A stretch of DNA of 64,000 nt from Bacteroidaceae bacterium (GTDB lineage Bacteria > Bacteroidota > Bacteroidia > Bacteroidales > Bacteroidaceae), in contig JAFXTC010000018.1 of NCBI GenBank assembly GCA_017525235.1, forward strand, positions 1,947-65,946, written 5' to 3'. The notes under the pieces were generated by a model that saw only the letters and a list, made by a program, of their open reading frames with translations, had not been told where the DNA came from and searched no databases. Positions 34,292 through 44,322 of this stretch are shown piece after piece (positions within the stretch are counted from its first letter, which is position 1; every line of letters starts with the position of its first letter). A program made the position numbers and the translations under genes.

Positions 34292-37274
34292 ACGCTGAAA
34301 GTCCGGAAATTTTCTGACCTCCTGTCATTCGTTTGAGCAAAGGAATTAGGTCCTTCATCAGTTCCTCTTCTTTTCTGGCACGGTCTTTCCAACCTAATTC
34401 TGAAGGAGCAATTAGGTCAAACAGTTTTTCTCCATCAAAGATTCTTCGCTCTATGATTTCATTGACAAATGTCTGAACGGCTTCAATATCCAAATGATGT
34501 TTCTCAGCAATGGAAGATATCGCCTTGGTAAACTTGTCTTTCTTGAAAAGTTCGTAGCCCTGTTCTATTTCCTTCTCTGTCTTGCCGTTCACACCTTTGG
34601 CATCCAAGTCGTCAATATAGTCGATGATGTCTTCGCGCTCGTCTATAAGGTTGGCACTGGAACAAATCAGACTTACTAATTGCTCCTTTGTCATCTTGTG
34701 CACAGAAGGCGCACCAACGTAACGACTGATGAGCCCCATGATATAATCATAGTCTATTAATGCCGATGCAAACAAGACAAATTCAAAATCTAAATCCTCG
34801 ATTTGTACTGAAACTGTTGGGTCATTATTTTCACGTTTTGTTTTCAATTGTTTAGCTACATCAAGGTATGCACCACGAAATGCACGCATTGTGTCATCTG
34901 TGAAACCATAAGCAACGGTAGGCTCTGCTACGCCATCACCCTTGTCGTCATTGGTTTCAATAAGGTCGGTATATTGATCCAATTGGGTTTTGTATCGCTG
35001 CACTTCCTTGAAATAGTTGATGAAACATGCCTTTGCATCGTCACCTTTTAAGTTAGCAACCTCTTCGGCTTTGAACTCAAGATTTTGAAGATGCATGAAA
35101 TTACGTAAGTCGTTTATGGCCTTGCAATATTTCTGGTTGATAACATTTGCCGGCTCGACTAACCATACTTGACGGGCCTTTTCTTCATCCTTAATGCCAG
35201 AGAATAATGCAATTGCTTCATCAACAGCTTCTTGTTGACCTCGGAAATCAAGGATATTTCCGTATGGTTTAGTATCGTTTAAGATTCTGTTGGTACGAGA
35301 GAACGCCTGCACAAGTCCGTGATACTTCAAGTTCTTATCCACATAAAGCGTATTCAGATACTTGGAGTCAAAGCCCGTCAGCAACATATCCACCACAATC
35401 GTAATGTCTATCTTGTTCTTATGTGGATAATCCTGATTGGTGTATTTCTGGCTCTTAATGCGTTTTTGTACATCCTGATAGTATGTGTCAAACTCATCAG
35501 CAGAAAGGTTGGTGTCATATTGTTTGTTGTAGTCATCAATAATTTCCTTGAGAGCCGCTTTCTTCTGATCTGGATCTTGCTCATTGTCTATGCGCTCTTG
35601 CTGTAAATCTTCTTGAATTTGTATAATGTCTCTGTTTCCCTCTGCTGGCGGAGTAAAAACACAAGCAATATTCAGTGGCTCGAATGTATCATCCAGATGT
35701 TGGCAATCAGATTGCATTCGTTTGAACAACTGGTAATACTCAATAGCCTCGTTGATGGAGCTTGTGGCAAAAATGGCATTGAAACGACGTTCATTAGTAG
35801 CATGGTCATGCTTCTGCAAGATGGTTCTGACAATAGATTGTTTCTTAGCACTACCTATGGTATAGGCATCCTCATCAGGTCTGAAATAATCCACATGGAA
35901 GCGTAATACATTTCTATCATCAATAGCATTGGTGATAGTATAGGCGTGTAGTTTTTTCTCGAACACATCTTCTGTAGTTTTGTATTGTGCCTCTTCACCT
36001 GTTATCTGTGTATAGGTTGCATTCTGTTCAAAAATAGGCGTGCCAGTAAAACCAAACAATTGTGAATTTGGGAAGAATTCTTTAATGGCCTTGTGGTTCT
36101 CCCCAAACTGTGAGCGATGGCATTCGTCAAAGATAAATATCATTCGCATACCCTTTATCGGAAGTAAACGTTCCTGATAGTTACGACGATTCTGCGGATC
36201 TAAGGCAATGCCCAACTTCTGAATGGTAGTCACGATGATTTTGTCGGAATAATCCTCGGACAACATTCTGCGAACCAGTGCATCTGTATTAGTGTTTTCC
36301 TCCACACAGCCCTCTTGGAATTTGTTGAATTCCTCGCGTGTTTGTCTGTCAAGGTCTTTTCGATCTACCACAAACAGGCATTTGTCTATTTCGGGATTGT
36401 CCTTCAATAGTGTTGCAGCCTTGAATGAAGTTAACGTCTTTCCGCTGCCCGTGGTATGCCAAATATAGCCATTACCACGGTTTTCTTTGATGCAGTTCAT
36501 GATGGCCTTTACAGCATAAATCTGATAAGGACGCATCATTAGTATCTTTTGTTCACCTGCCACAAGAACCATATATCGGCTAATCATTTCACCTAACTTG
36601 CACTTTGCCAAGAATGCATCAGAGAATTCATCAAGGTTGGTTATTTTTTTGTTCTCCTCATCTGCCCATTGATAGACAGGCAAATAATTCTCGGCAGCAT
36701 TGAAATTAAAATGATTTCTGTTGTTGTTAGCAAAATAATAGGTATTCGTCTGGTTACTGACAATAAACATCTGCATGAAACAGAGAAGAGAATTGGTATA
36801 TCCATTACCGACATCATTCTTGTAGTCTACAATTTGTTGCATAGCACGACGAGGGCTCACATCGAGTGTCTTCAGTTCGATCTGAACAAGGGGTAAACCA
36901 TTAACCAATAGAATTACGTCATAGCGATGTGAGCTATAGCGAGTATTCATTCTTAACTGATTAATGACCTCATAGTCGTTTTTACACCACTCTTTGATAT
37001 TGACAAGTGTATATTGAAGCGGCGTACCGTCTTCACGCATAAACGTATTACGTTCACGCAATTTTTTGGAAGAGACATAGACATCCGAATTGGTAAGTTC
37101 TTCCATCAATCGGGTAAACTCTGCATCTGTAAGATGTACCTTATTTAATGTCTGAAACTTCTCCCTAAAATTACGCTCAAGACTCTGTCTGTCGTGAATG
37201 TCATCACGATAGATATACTTTAAATCCGTTACTAGTTTCTTTACGAAACCATTCTCTATTTGACTTTCTAACAC
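34281..37274 (-). CDS. hsdR: Type I restriction endonuclease subunit R (EcoR124/type IC-like by N-terminus)
   Basis: N-terminal nuclease region; helicase motifs HTTGSGKT, FDECHRSQ, TGTPIF; about 1000 aa. Confidence 0.9.
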   Translation of the reverse strand: MLESQIENGFVKKLVTDLKYIYRDDIHDRQSLERNFREKFQTLNKVHLTDAEFTRLMEELTNSDVYVSSKKLRERNTFMREDGTPLQYTLVNIKEWCKNDYEVINQLRMNTRYSSHRYDVILLVNGLPLVQIELKTLDVSPRRAMQQIVDYKNDVGNGYTNSLLCFMQMFIVSNQTNTYYFANNNRNHFNFNAAENYLPVYQWADEENKKITNLDEFSDAFLAKCKLGEMISRYMVLVAGEQKILMMRPYQIYAVKAIMNCIKENRGNGYIWHTTGSGKTLTSFKAATLLKDNPEIDKCLFVVDRKDLDRQTREEFNKFQEGCVEENTNTDALVRRMLSEDYSDKIIVTTIQKLGIALDPQNRRNYQERLLPIKGMRMIFIFDECHRSQFGENHKAIKEFFPNSQLFGFTGTPIFEQNATYTQITGEEAQYKTTEDVFEKKLHAYTITNAIDDRNVLRFHVDYFRPDEDAYTIGSAKKQSIVRTILQKHDHATNERRFNAIFATSSINEAIEYYQLFKRMQSDCQHLDDTFEPLNIACVFTPPAEGNRDIIQIQEDLQQERIDNEQDPDQKKAALKEIIDDYNKQYDTNLSADEFDTYYQDVQKRIKSQKYTNQDYPHKNKIDITIVVDMLLTGFDSKYLNTLYVDKNLKYHGLVQAFSRTNRILNDTKPYGNILDFRGQQEAVDEAIALFSGIKDEEKARQVWLVEPANVINQKYCKAINDLRNFMHLQNLEFKAEEVANLKGDDAKACFINYFKEVQRYKTQLDQYTDLIETNDDKGDGVAEPTVAYGFTDDTMRAFRGAYLDVAKQLKTKRENNDPTVSVQIEDLDFEFVLFASALIDYDYIMGLISRYVGAPSVHKMTKEQLVSLICSSANLIDEREDIIDYIDDLDAKGVNGKTEKEIEQGYELFKKDKFTKAISSIAEKHHLDIEAVQTFVNEIIERRIFDGEKLFDLIAPSELGWKDRARKEEELMKDLIPLLKRMTGGQKISGLSAYED

Positions 37275-37408
37275 TCTTTCTAGTACTTTTATGGTGCAAA
37301 TATAGTATTTAATTCGTAAGAATACAAGTGTTCAGAACATTTCTAAATAAAAATCAAGTTAAATGATGATTTCTTTCTCTTTTTCTTACCTCACCAAACA
37401 TCAATGCT

Positions 37409-37786
37409 TCACTTAATTACACTCGCAAACGACCTTTTATCTGCATCAATCCATGCGGTGGTGCCTTGCATGGCCGTACCTGTACAGAAACTGGCAGCTG
37501 CTGAAGGTGAGTTAACAAGTAACTCTACATCCATCTTAAGGGTGTAGAAATCGCCTTCGGGATGCATGATGGAAGGAATAGCGAAAAGTTCGTCACGACG
37601 TTTACGAATGGCAACGGGAATACTCTTTGCGGCTTTGGCACGAATTCGACTCCCAGCCTTAATAACATACCTATTATCTGTGGGATAATAGTCTAACGCT
37701 GCCTTACGTGTGCTGCCCATGTCTATGATACGGGCTCCAGTTAGAGACTTATCCAGCAATTTTGTATAAACGGTTAGTATTGCCAT
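37409..37786 (-). CDS. DUF4357 domain protein (lacks the usual N-terminal GIY-YIG half)
   Basis: YVIKAGSRI...VNSPSAAASFCTGTAMQGTTAWID matches the DUF4357 pattern (...SPSAAA..v.G...NG...W). Confidence 0.6.
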   Translation of the reverse strand: MAILTVYTKLLDKSLTGARIIDMGSTRKAALDYYPTDNRYVIKAGSRIRAKAAKSIPVAIRKRRDELFAIPSIMHPEGDFYTLKMDVELLVNSPSAAASFCTGTAMQGTTAWIDADKRSFASVIK

Positions 37787-37809
37787 AGGTTTTCTTTTGT
37801 TTTCAGCTA

Positions 37810-37817
37810 CAAATATA
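37810..37817 (-). promoter_or_regulatory. -7 box TATATTTG for the DUF4357/hsd operon
   Basis: TAnnTTTG match 24 nt upstream of the ATG at 37786. Confidence 0.4.
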
Positions 37818-37992
37818 CAAAAAAAACTCTAATGGCTTTCGATTGAGCTAAGAAAATCTTTATTTGGCGGTAGGGAGATGTTGTTTGGATTGTTCAGTAT
37901 ATAAGCGTACCCAGCTTCTTTGCTGCTCATGATTAATTACTGGTTAATTTCTTGAACCTATGTTCTGAGTTCTGGCCTGACTGCTGTCTAAA

Positions 37993-38010
37993 CCCATCGA
38001 ATTCGATGGG
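37993..38010. repeat. Perfect 18-bp palindrome CCCATCGAATTCGATGGG
   Basis: Read directly; no loop; centred on GAATTC. Confidence 0.95.
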
Positions 38011-38056
38011 ATTATACCTGGGGTTACAAAGTTTTCGTTTTGGTTTTCGTTAATCA

Positions 38057-38157
38057 GCCTACATGCCTACATGATTTTGCCCATGAGGACCGATGGTTAT
38101 CGTGTTTTCTTTTGCTTCGAGCCTACATAAAGCCTACATAGAGCCTACATGATTTTG
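38057..38157. repeat. Five copies of GCCTACAT in two clusters, each cluster ending GCCTACATGATTTTG
   Basis: Copies at 38057, 38065, 38121, 38132 and 38143, read directly. Confidence 0.9.
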
Positions 38158-38225
38158 GGGCATTTTTGCTGTTGAACGGCATCGAAGCACGTGATAAGCA
38201 AGATTTATCGATGTTACAAGCCGTG

Positions 38226-38308
38226 AAATTCTCTAGAGAATTTTGTCGTATTCACGCGTCATCCTAACCGAAACTAAGCGTCATTCTGAAAAATTCTCTA
38301 GAGAATTT
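38226..38308. repeat. Two identical perfect 18-bp palindromes AAATTCTCTAGAGAATTT, 65 bp apart
   Basis: 38226-38243 and 38291-38308. The spacer also holds a GCGTCAT direct repeat. Confidence 0.95.
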
Positions 38309-38354
38309 ATAAACAGTCAAGTGAAGTGTTGTTCATAAGCAGGCATTAAAACTG

Positions 38355-39683
38355 CTAGAAACGCGTCAAAGTGTTGAACTTTGCTGCTTGACCTAAAACT
38401 GCTGGGTAGATTTGCTCGCCATCCCAGACAAGCTGGCCGTTTACGTAAGTACGCTCAACACGCCAACGGAAAGTCTTGCCTTCTAAAGGACTCCAGCCAC
38501 AACGACTTTGTATAATGTCCTTGTTAACTTGCCAAGGACTGTTGGCGCGAATCAGAACTAAGTCGGCATGATAACCTTCGCGAATGAACCCGCGCCTTTC
38601 TATACCGAAGAGACGGGCAGGATTGTGGCACATGAGTTCCACCATACGTTCGATGCTCAGCACACCTTCGTCGACAAGGCTTAACATAGCAGGCAAGCTG
38701 AACTGCACCATTGGCATACCGCTTACGGCTTTGCAGCATCCGCCTTCTTTTTCGCTGAGAAGATGAGGGGCATGATCTGTACCGATTACTGTGATTCGAC
38801 CATCTGTGAGTGCTTGCCTAAGTGCCTGTCTGTCTTCTTTGCTTTTGACGGCAGGGTTGCACTTGATATGTGTGCCAAGTGTGGCGTAATCCTGATCTGT
38901 AAAAAGGAGGTGAGCTACGCAGGCTTCGGCTGTAATCTGTTTGTCGTTGGGCGAAAAGAGATCCAGTTCGCGTGCAGTAGTCAAGTGAGCTACATGCAGA
39001 CGGGCTCCCGTCTCTTTGGCAAGCTGGACAGCCAACGCTGTGCTTTGGTAGCATGCTTCTGCATCGCGAATCTCAGGATGGTGAATAACATCGGGGTCAT
39101 TGCCATACAGGGCCTTTGCTTCTGCCATTCGTTGGTTGATGCGATTGGTGTCCTCGCAATGTGTCATCAGCAGAGTGGGGCATTGACGGAAGATTCCTCT
39201 GAGCGCCTCTTCTTTATCAACTAGCATATTGCCTGTGCTGCTTCCCATGAAGAGTTTCACGCCTGGTACACGATGAACGTCTACGTTGCTGATTTCCTGA
39301 AGATTATCATTTGTGGCACCAAGGAAGAAACCATAGTTGACATGACACTTTTGGGCAGCTATCATATAGCGCTCTTCAAGAAGAGGTAGGGTAGTGGTCT
39401 GGGGTGAGACATTGGGCATGTCGAGTACTGTGGTTACCCCTCCGGATGCTGCTGCACGAGTTTCGGTGTCCATATCAGCCTTGTGGGTAAGGCCTGGATC
39501 ACGCATGTGAACGTGGTCGTCGATAACCCCAGGAAGCAGAAAAGGCAAATTGTCTTTGTCGCTTTCGCATATAGAGGAAGACGACTTTGTTACCTTTGTA
39601 ATAAAGCCATCTTCAATGCAGACGGAGCCAATGAACTGTTCTCCCTCGTTAACGATAATGACGTCCTTAAACTCGCAGTTCAT
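38355..39683 (-). CDS. Dihydroorotase-like cyclic amidohydrolase
   Basis: DDHVHMRDPG metal-binding motif; GGVTTVLDMPN; later HAPH and D residues of the amidohydrolase fold. Confidence 0.8.
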   Translation of the reverse strand: MNCEFKDVIIVNEGEQFIGSVCIEDGFITKVTKSSSSICESDKDNLPFLLPGVIDDHVHMRDPGLTHKADMDTETRAAASGGVTTVLDMPNVSPQTTTLPLLEERYMIAAQKCHVNYGFFLGATNDNLQEISNVDVHRVPGVKLFMGSSTGNMLVDKEEALRGIFRQCPTLLMTHCEDTNRINQRMAEAKALYGNDPDVIHHPEIRDAEACYQSTALAVQLAKETGARLHVAHLTTARELDLFSPNDKQITAEACVAHLLFTDQDYATLGTHIKCNPAVKSKEDRQALRQALTDGRITVIGTDHAPHLLSEKEGGCCKAVSGMPMVQFSLPAMLSLVDEGVLSIERMVELMCHNPARLFGIERRGFIREGYHADLVLIRANSPWQVNKDIIQSRCGWSPLEGKTFRWRVERTYVNGQLVWDGEQIYPAVLGQAAKFNTLTRF

Positions 39684-39684
39684 T

Positions 39685-40428
39685 TCATGCTTTCCGTTTG
39701 ATTTTTCCCAATCTTAATTTAATGACGCCAATGAGTGCTTCGCTAAAGATTCCGCCACTCATCTTGCTGGTTCCCAGTTCGCGGTTCACAAAAACAACAG
39801 GCACCTCTTTCACCTTGAATCCCAAGCGAACTGCGCTATACTTCATCTCAATCTGGAAAGCATAACCTTTGAAGCGGATGTTGTCGAGGTCGATAGTTTC
39901 AAGTACCTGACGTTTATAGCAGACAAACCCTGCTGTGGTGTCTCGCAACGAAATGCCCAAGACCGTACGAACGTAAGCCGAAGCATAATAGCTCATCAGC
40001 ACACGTCCTATGGGCCAGTTTACAACATTAACACCAGTAACGTATCGGCTACCCACAGAAACATCGTATCCCTCGTCATGACAAGCGGCATAGAGTCGGG
40101 GCAGGTCGTTTGGGTTGTGGCTGAAGTCGGCATCCATTTCAATGATGTAATCGTATTGCTCCTCTATCGCCCATTTGAAGCCACAAATGTAGGCTGTTCC
40201 AAGACCGAGTTTGCCACTACGTTCTATAAGAAACAGACGGTCTTGAAATTCGGAGTTCATCAGATTCTTGACAATCTGAGCTGTCCCATCGGGGCTGCCA
40301 TCGTCAATGACAAGTACGTCGAATCCTTTCTCAAGGCTTGTAACTGCTCTGATGATAGCCTCTATGTTCTCCTTCTCGTTGTATGTGGGGATGATAACTA
40401 TGCTGTCGTTTATGTGTTTTAAGTTCAT
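39685..40428 (-). CDS. Polyprenol-phosphate mannosyltransferase (GT2, DPM1-like)
   Basis: IVIIPTYNEKENI...LVIDDGSPDGT...EMDADFSH motifs. Confidence 0.85.
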   Translation of the reverse strand: MNLKHINDSIVIIPTYNEKENIEAIIRAVTSLEKGFDVLVIDDGSPDGTAQIVKNLMNSEFQDRLFLIERSGKLGLGTAYICGFKWAIEEQYDYIIEMDADFSHNPNDLPRLYAACHDEGYDVSVGSRYVTGVNVVNWPIGRVLMSYYASAYVRTVLGISLRDTTAGFVCYKRQVLETIDLDNIRFKGYAFQIEMKYSAVRLGFKVKEVPVVFVNRELGTSKMSGGIFSEALIGVIKLRLGKIKRKA

Positions 40429-40556
40429 TTGTGTTAAGTTTTATCTCTATTCAGCAAAGATAGTGATTTTTGTTCAGTAAAAGTGACAAATTGGGGAAAA
40501 AATGTACTTTTGATGAAAAATTGCAGGTTTTTTAACACTGATTAGAATATATTTCA

Positions 40557-40564
40557 TATCTTTG
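40557..40564 (+). promoter_or_regulatory. -7 box TATCTTTG for guaA
   Basis: TAnnTTTG match 31 nt upstream of the ATG at 40595. Confidence 0.4.
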
Positions 40565-40594
40565 CAAAAATTAAGAATGAAAATTGGCCGCATT

Positions 40595-42220
40595 ATGCAG
40601 CAACAAAAAGTAATAATTTTAGACTTTGGATCCCAGACAACCCAGCTTATCGCAAGACGATTGCGTGAGCTGGATACATTCTGTGAAATACTTCCCTATA
40701 ATAAATTCCCTGTTGGTGACCCTGATGTAATAGGTGTTATTTTGGCCGGCAGTCCGTTTAGCGTGTATGACCCTGAGGCGTTTAAGGTTGACCTGACCCA
40801 ATTCATAGGTAAACTTCCCGTCTTGGGAATCTGTTACGGTGCTCAGTATATTGCCTACAACAATGGCGGAAATGTTGAGCCTGCCGGCAGTTGTGAGTAC
40901 GGACGCCAGAATCTGACAACTATAGATAAGGTATGTCCGCTGTTCAAGGGCTTCGATGATAACAGCCAGGTGTGGATGTCGCACGGCGATACCATTACAG
41001 CAATCCCCACAGGAGCGCAGGTTGCGGCAAGTACTCCGCAGGTAAAGAATGCAGCCTATTACATTCCATCCTTTAATGGGGGAAAGCCTGTCTTTGGCGT
41101 TCAGTTCCATCCGGAAGTGTTCCATAGTGTACAAGGAACTCTCTTGCTGAAGAACTTCGTTGTGGATGTTTGTGGTGGCAGACAAGATTGGTCGGCAGCC
41201 AACTATATAGAGACAACAGTACGTGAGTTGCGTGAGCAGATAGGAACCGACAGGGTGATATTGGGTCTCTCTGGTGGCGTTGACAGCAGCGTTTGTGCTG
41301 TGTTGCTGAACAGGGCTATCGGTAGCCAGTTGACTTGTATCTTTGTGGATCATGGTATGCTTCGTAAGAACGAGTTCACCGATGTAATGCGTGATTACGA
41401 GTGCTTAGGGCTTAATGTTATAGGCGTGGATGCCAGCGAGAAGTTCCTCACAGACCTTGACGGTGTAACGGAGCCTGAGAAGAAGCGCAAAATAATTGGT
41501 CGTGACTTTATAGAAGTCTTTAATGAGCAGGCAAGAAAGATTACCGATGCCAAGTGGTTGGCACAGGGAACCATCTATCCTGACCGTATAGAGAGCCTGA
41601 ACATCACAGGCAAGGTTATAAAGAGTCATCATAATGTGGGTGGACTCCCAGAAGAAATGCATCTTTCGCTCTGTGAGCCATTAAAGTGGCTGTTCAAGGA
41701 CGAGGTACGTAGGGTAGGGCGTGAATTGGGAATGCCAGAGCATCTTATCACACGTCATCCTTTCCCCGGTCCAGGTTTGGCTGTCCGAATCCTTGGAGCT
41801 ATTACACGTGAGAAAGTACGTGTTCTGCAAGATGCCGATGATATCTATATCCGTGGTCTTCGCGAATATAAGGTTAAGTTAAGCGGCGAGGAAGCACGTC
41901 GTGTCTTGGCTGCCGGAGTGCCTGCCAATATGGAGAATGGCGAGATTGAGGTCAGCTTGTATGATCAGATCTGGCAGGCTGGTACGATACTGCTTTCTGA
42001 TGTTCGTAGCGTTGGCGTCATGGGTGATGAACGTACATACGAGAATCCTGTTGCATTGCGTGCAGTAACCAGCACCGATGCCATGACAGCCGACTGGGCA
42101 CATCTGCCTTACGACTTCATGGCCAAGGTAAGTACAGAGATAATAAATAAGGTAAAGGGCGTGAATAGAGTATGCTATGACATATCTTCAAAACCGCCTT
42201 CGACAATAGAGTGGGAGTGA
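40595..42220 (+). CDS. guaA: GMP synthase (glutamine-hydrolysing)
   Basis: [14 protein letters not shown] start; GATase Cys (LGICYG); PP-loop GLSGGVDSS; C-terminal ...PPSTIEWE. Confidence 0.95.
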   Translation: MQQQKVIILDFGSQTTQLIARRLRELDTFCEILPYNKFPVGDPDVIGVILAGSPFSVYDPEAFKVDLTQFIGKLPVLGICYGAQYIAYNNGGNVEPAGSCEYGRQNLTTIDKVCPLFKGFDDNSQVWMSHGDTITAIPTGAQVAASTPQVKNAAYYIPSFNGGKPVFGVQFHPEVFHSVQGTLLLKNFVVDVCGGRQDWSAANYIETTVRELREQIGTDRVILGLSGGVDSSVCAVLLNRAIGSQLTCIFVDHGMLRKNEFTDVMRDYECLGLNVIGVDASEKFLTDLDGVTEPEKKRKIIGRDFIEVFNEQARKITDAKWLAQGTIYPDRIESLNITGKVIKSHHNVGGLPEEMHLSLCEPLKWLFKDEVRRVGRELGMPEHLITRHPFPGPGLAVRILGAITREKVRVLQDADDIYIRGLREYKVKLSGEEARRVLAAGVPANMENGEIEVSLYDQIWQAGTILLSDVRSVGVMGDERTYENPVALRAVTSTDAMTADWAHLPYDFMAKVSTEIINKVKGVNRVCYDISSKPPSTIEWE

Positions 42221-42247
42221 TAAAATCAATTCTGCCTTTTCCGTTCA

Positions 42248-42260
42248 GGGGGGGGGGGGG
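42248..42260. repeat. Homopolymeric G13 tract
   Basis: Counted directly. It lies 28 nt after the guaA stop and 48 nt before the capD-like ATG. Confidence 0.95.
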
Positions 42261-42308
42261 TAACGTGCTAAGAATCAGTACAATAGAACCGTTTAATTAG
42301 AAAAAGAG

Positions 42309-44261
42309 ATGAAATGGTTATCTTCCTTAACTAACTGGTATTTCTCGAAGAAGGCATTGCCTTATTGGGGATTATTGTTTTTGGATTGCTTCATAGTATT
42401 ATTTTCTGGATATGTAGTATATCTCCTGCAACTTGATGGCTTGTCTTTCCTAAATGAATTTTGGTCTGTGACCTTCAGGCTTATTAATCTGTTGCCATTC
42501 TTTATTATAGGTTTCAGAATATTCCATACCTATTCTGGAATCGTCAGGTTCTCTTCTTTTGTGGATATATTGCATATTGTGTATGCAAACTTGCTGGCAG
42601 CTTTCTTGTCATATTGGGCATGCTACATTGTCGATAGGACAGATTTTGCAAGTGAAACCATCGCTTTGTCTGTTCCTGAAACCATAGGCTTGTTCATCGT
42701 GACAACGTTGTTCATGGCAATCTTACGTGTTAGTGTAAAGAGTCTTTATGATCTTTTCCGTCAGGATTCCTTTACAAAACGTGTATTCATCTATGGCGTT
42801 CATGCCGGTGGTGTAAGTCTGGCCAAGAGTATTCAGAACCAGAATCCTATGCAGTACAAGGTTGCAGGATTTGTCACACCTGATGAATACAAGTATTCTG
42901 AGTATTTGATGGGTGCACTTGTGTATCATGATAATTCCCGCTTGGTTCAGCACATGAAAGATAAAGGTGCTGAAATACTTATTGTCAGTCCTTTGGTGGT
43001 TGAACACTTCCGTACCCGTGAAGATTTAATCAACGACCTGATAGCAAATGACATTAAGATAATGATGATGCCGCAGGCAGAAGAGTGGAACGGACAAACC
43101 GATTTGCAGCATCAACATCTGCAGGAAGTTGATATTGAGGACCTATTGCCTCGTAATAAGATACAGGTGAACATGGATGCCATAGGCAAACTGCTTACAG
43201 GGAAGGTTATTTTGATAACAGGAGCAGCAGGGTCTATAGGCAGTGAGATGGTAAAACAAATTGCTATCTATAATCCTTCAGAAATGGTGCTGATAGATCA
43301 GGCTGAAACGCCGATGCACGAGATACGTCTGATGATGGAACGTGAGTTCCCAAGCATTAAAGCCCTAACTATTGTTACAAGTATTACCGACGAAAAGCAC
43401 ATGGAGAAGATTTTTGCGGATCATCGTCCTGACTATGTCTTCCATGCTGCTGCTTACAAACATGTGCCGATGATGGAGGATAATCCAGGTCAGGCCGTAC
43501 ATAATAATATTTATGGCACACATGTTATTGCCGACCTTGCGGTAAAATATGGTACAAAGAAGTTCGTGATGATATCCACAGATAAAGCAGTGAATCCAAC
43601 TAATGTGATGGGTTGCTCTAAGCGTATTTGTGAAATCTATTGTCAGTCTCTGAATAAGACCATCGCGGAAGGAACCTGTCCTATTGCTGTTGCTGATGGG
43701 GTGGAGAAACCTGTTACACAGTTTGTAACAACACGTTTCGGAAATGTTCTTGGCTCTAATGGTTCTGTTATTCCCATCTTTAAGGAACAAATCAAGAAGG
43801 GAGGCCCGGTAACTGTTACACATCCTGATATTATCCGTTACTTTATGCTTATTCCTGAGGCATGTAAGCTTGTGCTTGAAGCAGGTACAATGGGTAAGGG
43901 TGGAGAAATCTTTGTCTTCGACATGGGCAAACCTGTGCGTATAGCAGATTTGGCACAGCGAATGATAAACCTATCAGGCGCAAAGAATGTTGAAATCAAG
44001 TTCACAGGACTGCGAGACGGCGAGAAGCTTTATGAAGAGGTGTTGTCTGATATGGAAAGTACCAAGCCGACCATACATCCAAAGATTATGATTGCTTCTG
44101 TCCGCGAATACGACTACAAGACTGTTTGTGCTGATGAAAACCGATTGATAAAAGCGGCTGAGTCGTTTGATGATATGAATATCGTAAAGATAATGAAGGA
44201 AATTGTCCCAGAGTACAAGAGCAACAGTTCCAAGTATTGTGTTCTTGATAAAGAGGAATAA
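42309..44261 (+). CDS. Polysaccharide biosynthesis protein, CapD/WbpM/PglF-like NDP-sugar 4,6-dehydratase
   Basis: Four N-terminal TM helices; Rossmann ITGAAGSIGSE; catalytic YKHVPMME region; ISTDKAVNPTNVMG. Confidence 0.85.
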   Translation: MKWLSSLTNWYFSKKALPYWGLLFLDCFIVLFSGYVVYLLQLDGLSFLNEFWSVTFRLINLLPFFIIGFRIFHTYSGIVRFSSFVDILHIVYANLLAAFLSYWACYIVDRTDFASETIALSVPETIGLFIVTTLFMAILRVSVKSLYDLFRQDSFTKRVFIYGVHAGGVSLAKSIQNQNPMQYKVAGFVTPDEYKYSEYLMGALVYHDNSRLVQHMKDKGAEILIVSPLVVEHFRTREDLINDLIANDIKIMMMPQAEEWNGQTDLQHQHLQEVDIEDLLPRNKIQVNMDAIGKLLTGKVILITGAAGSIGSEMVKQIAIYNPSEMVLIDQAETPMHEIRLMMEREFPSIKALTIVTSITDEKHMEKIFADHRPDYVFHAAAYKHVPMMEDNPGQAVHNNIYGTHVIADLAVKYGTKKFVMISTDKAVNPTNVMGCSKRICEIYCQSLNKTIAEGTCPIAVADGVEKPVTQFVTTRFGNVLGSNGSVIPIFKEQIKKGGPVTVTHPDIIRYFMLIPEACKLVLEAGTMGKGGEIFVFDMGKPVRIADLAQRMINLSGAKNVEIKFTGLRDGEKLYEEVLSDMESTKPTIHPKIMIASVREYDYKTVCADENRLIKAAESFDDMNIVKIMKEIVPEYKSNSSKYCVLDKEE

Positions 44262-44322
44262 TGTACTACAGATAATCAAAAAAAAGGGTTTGAGAAGTTC
44301 TCAAGCCCTTTTTCATGTTATA

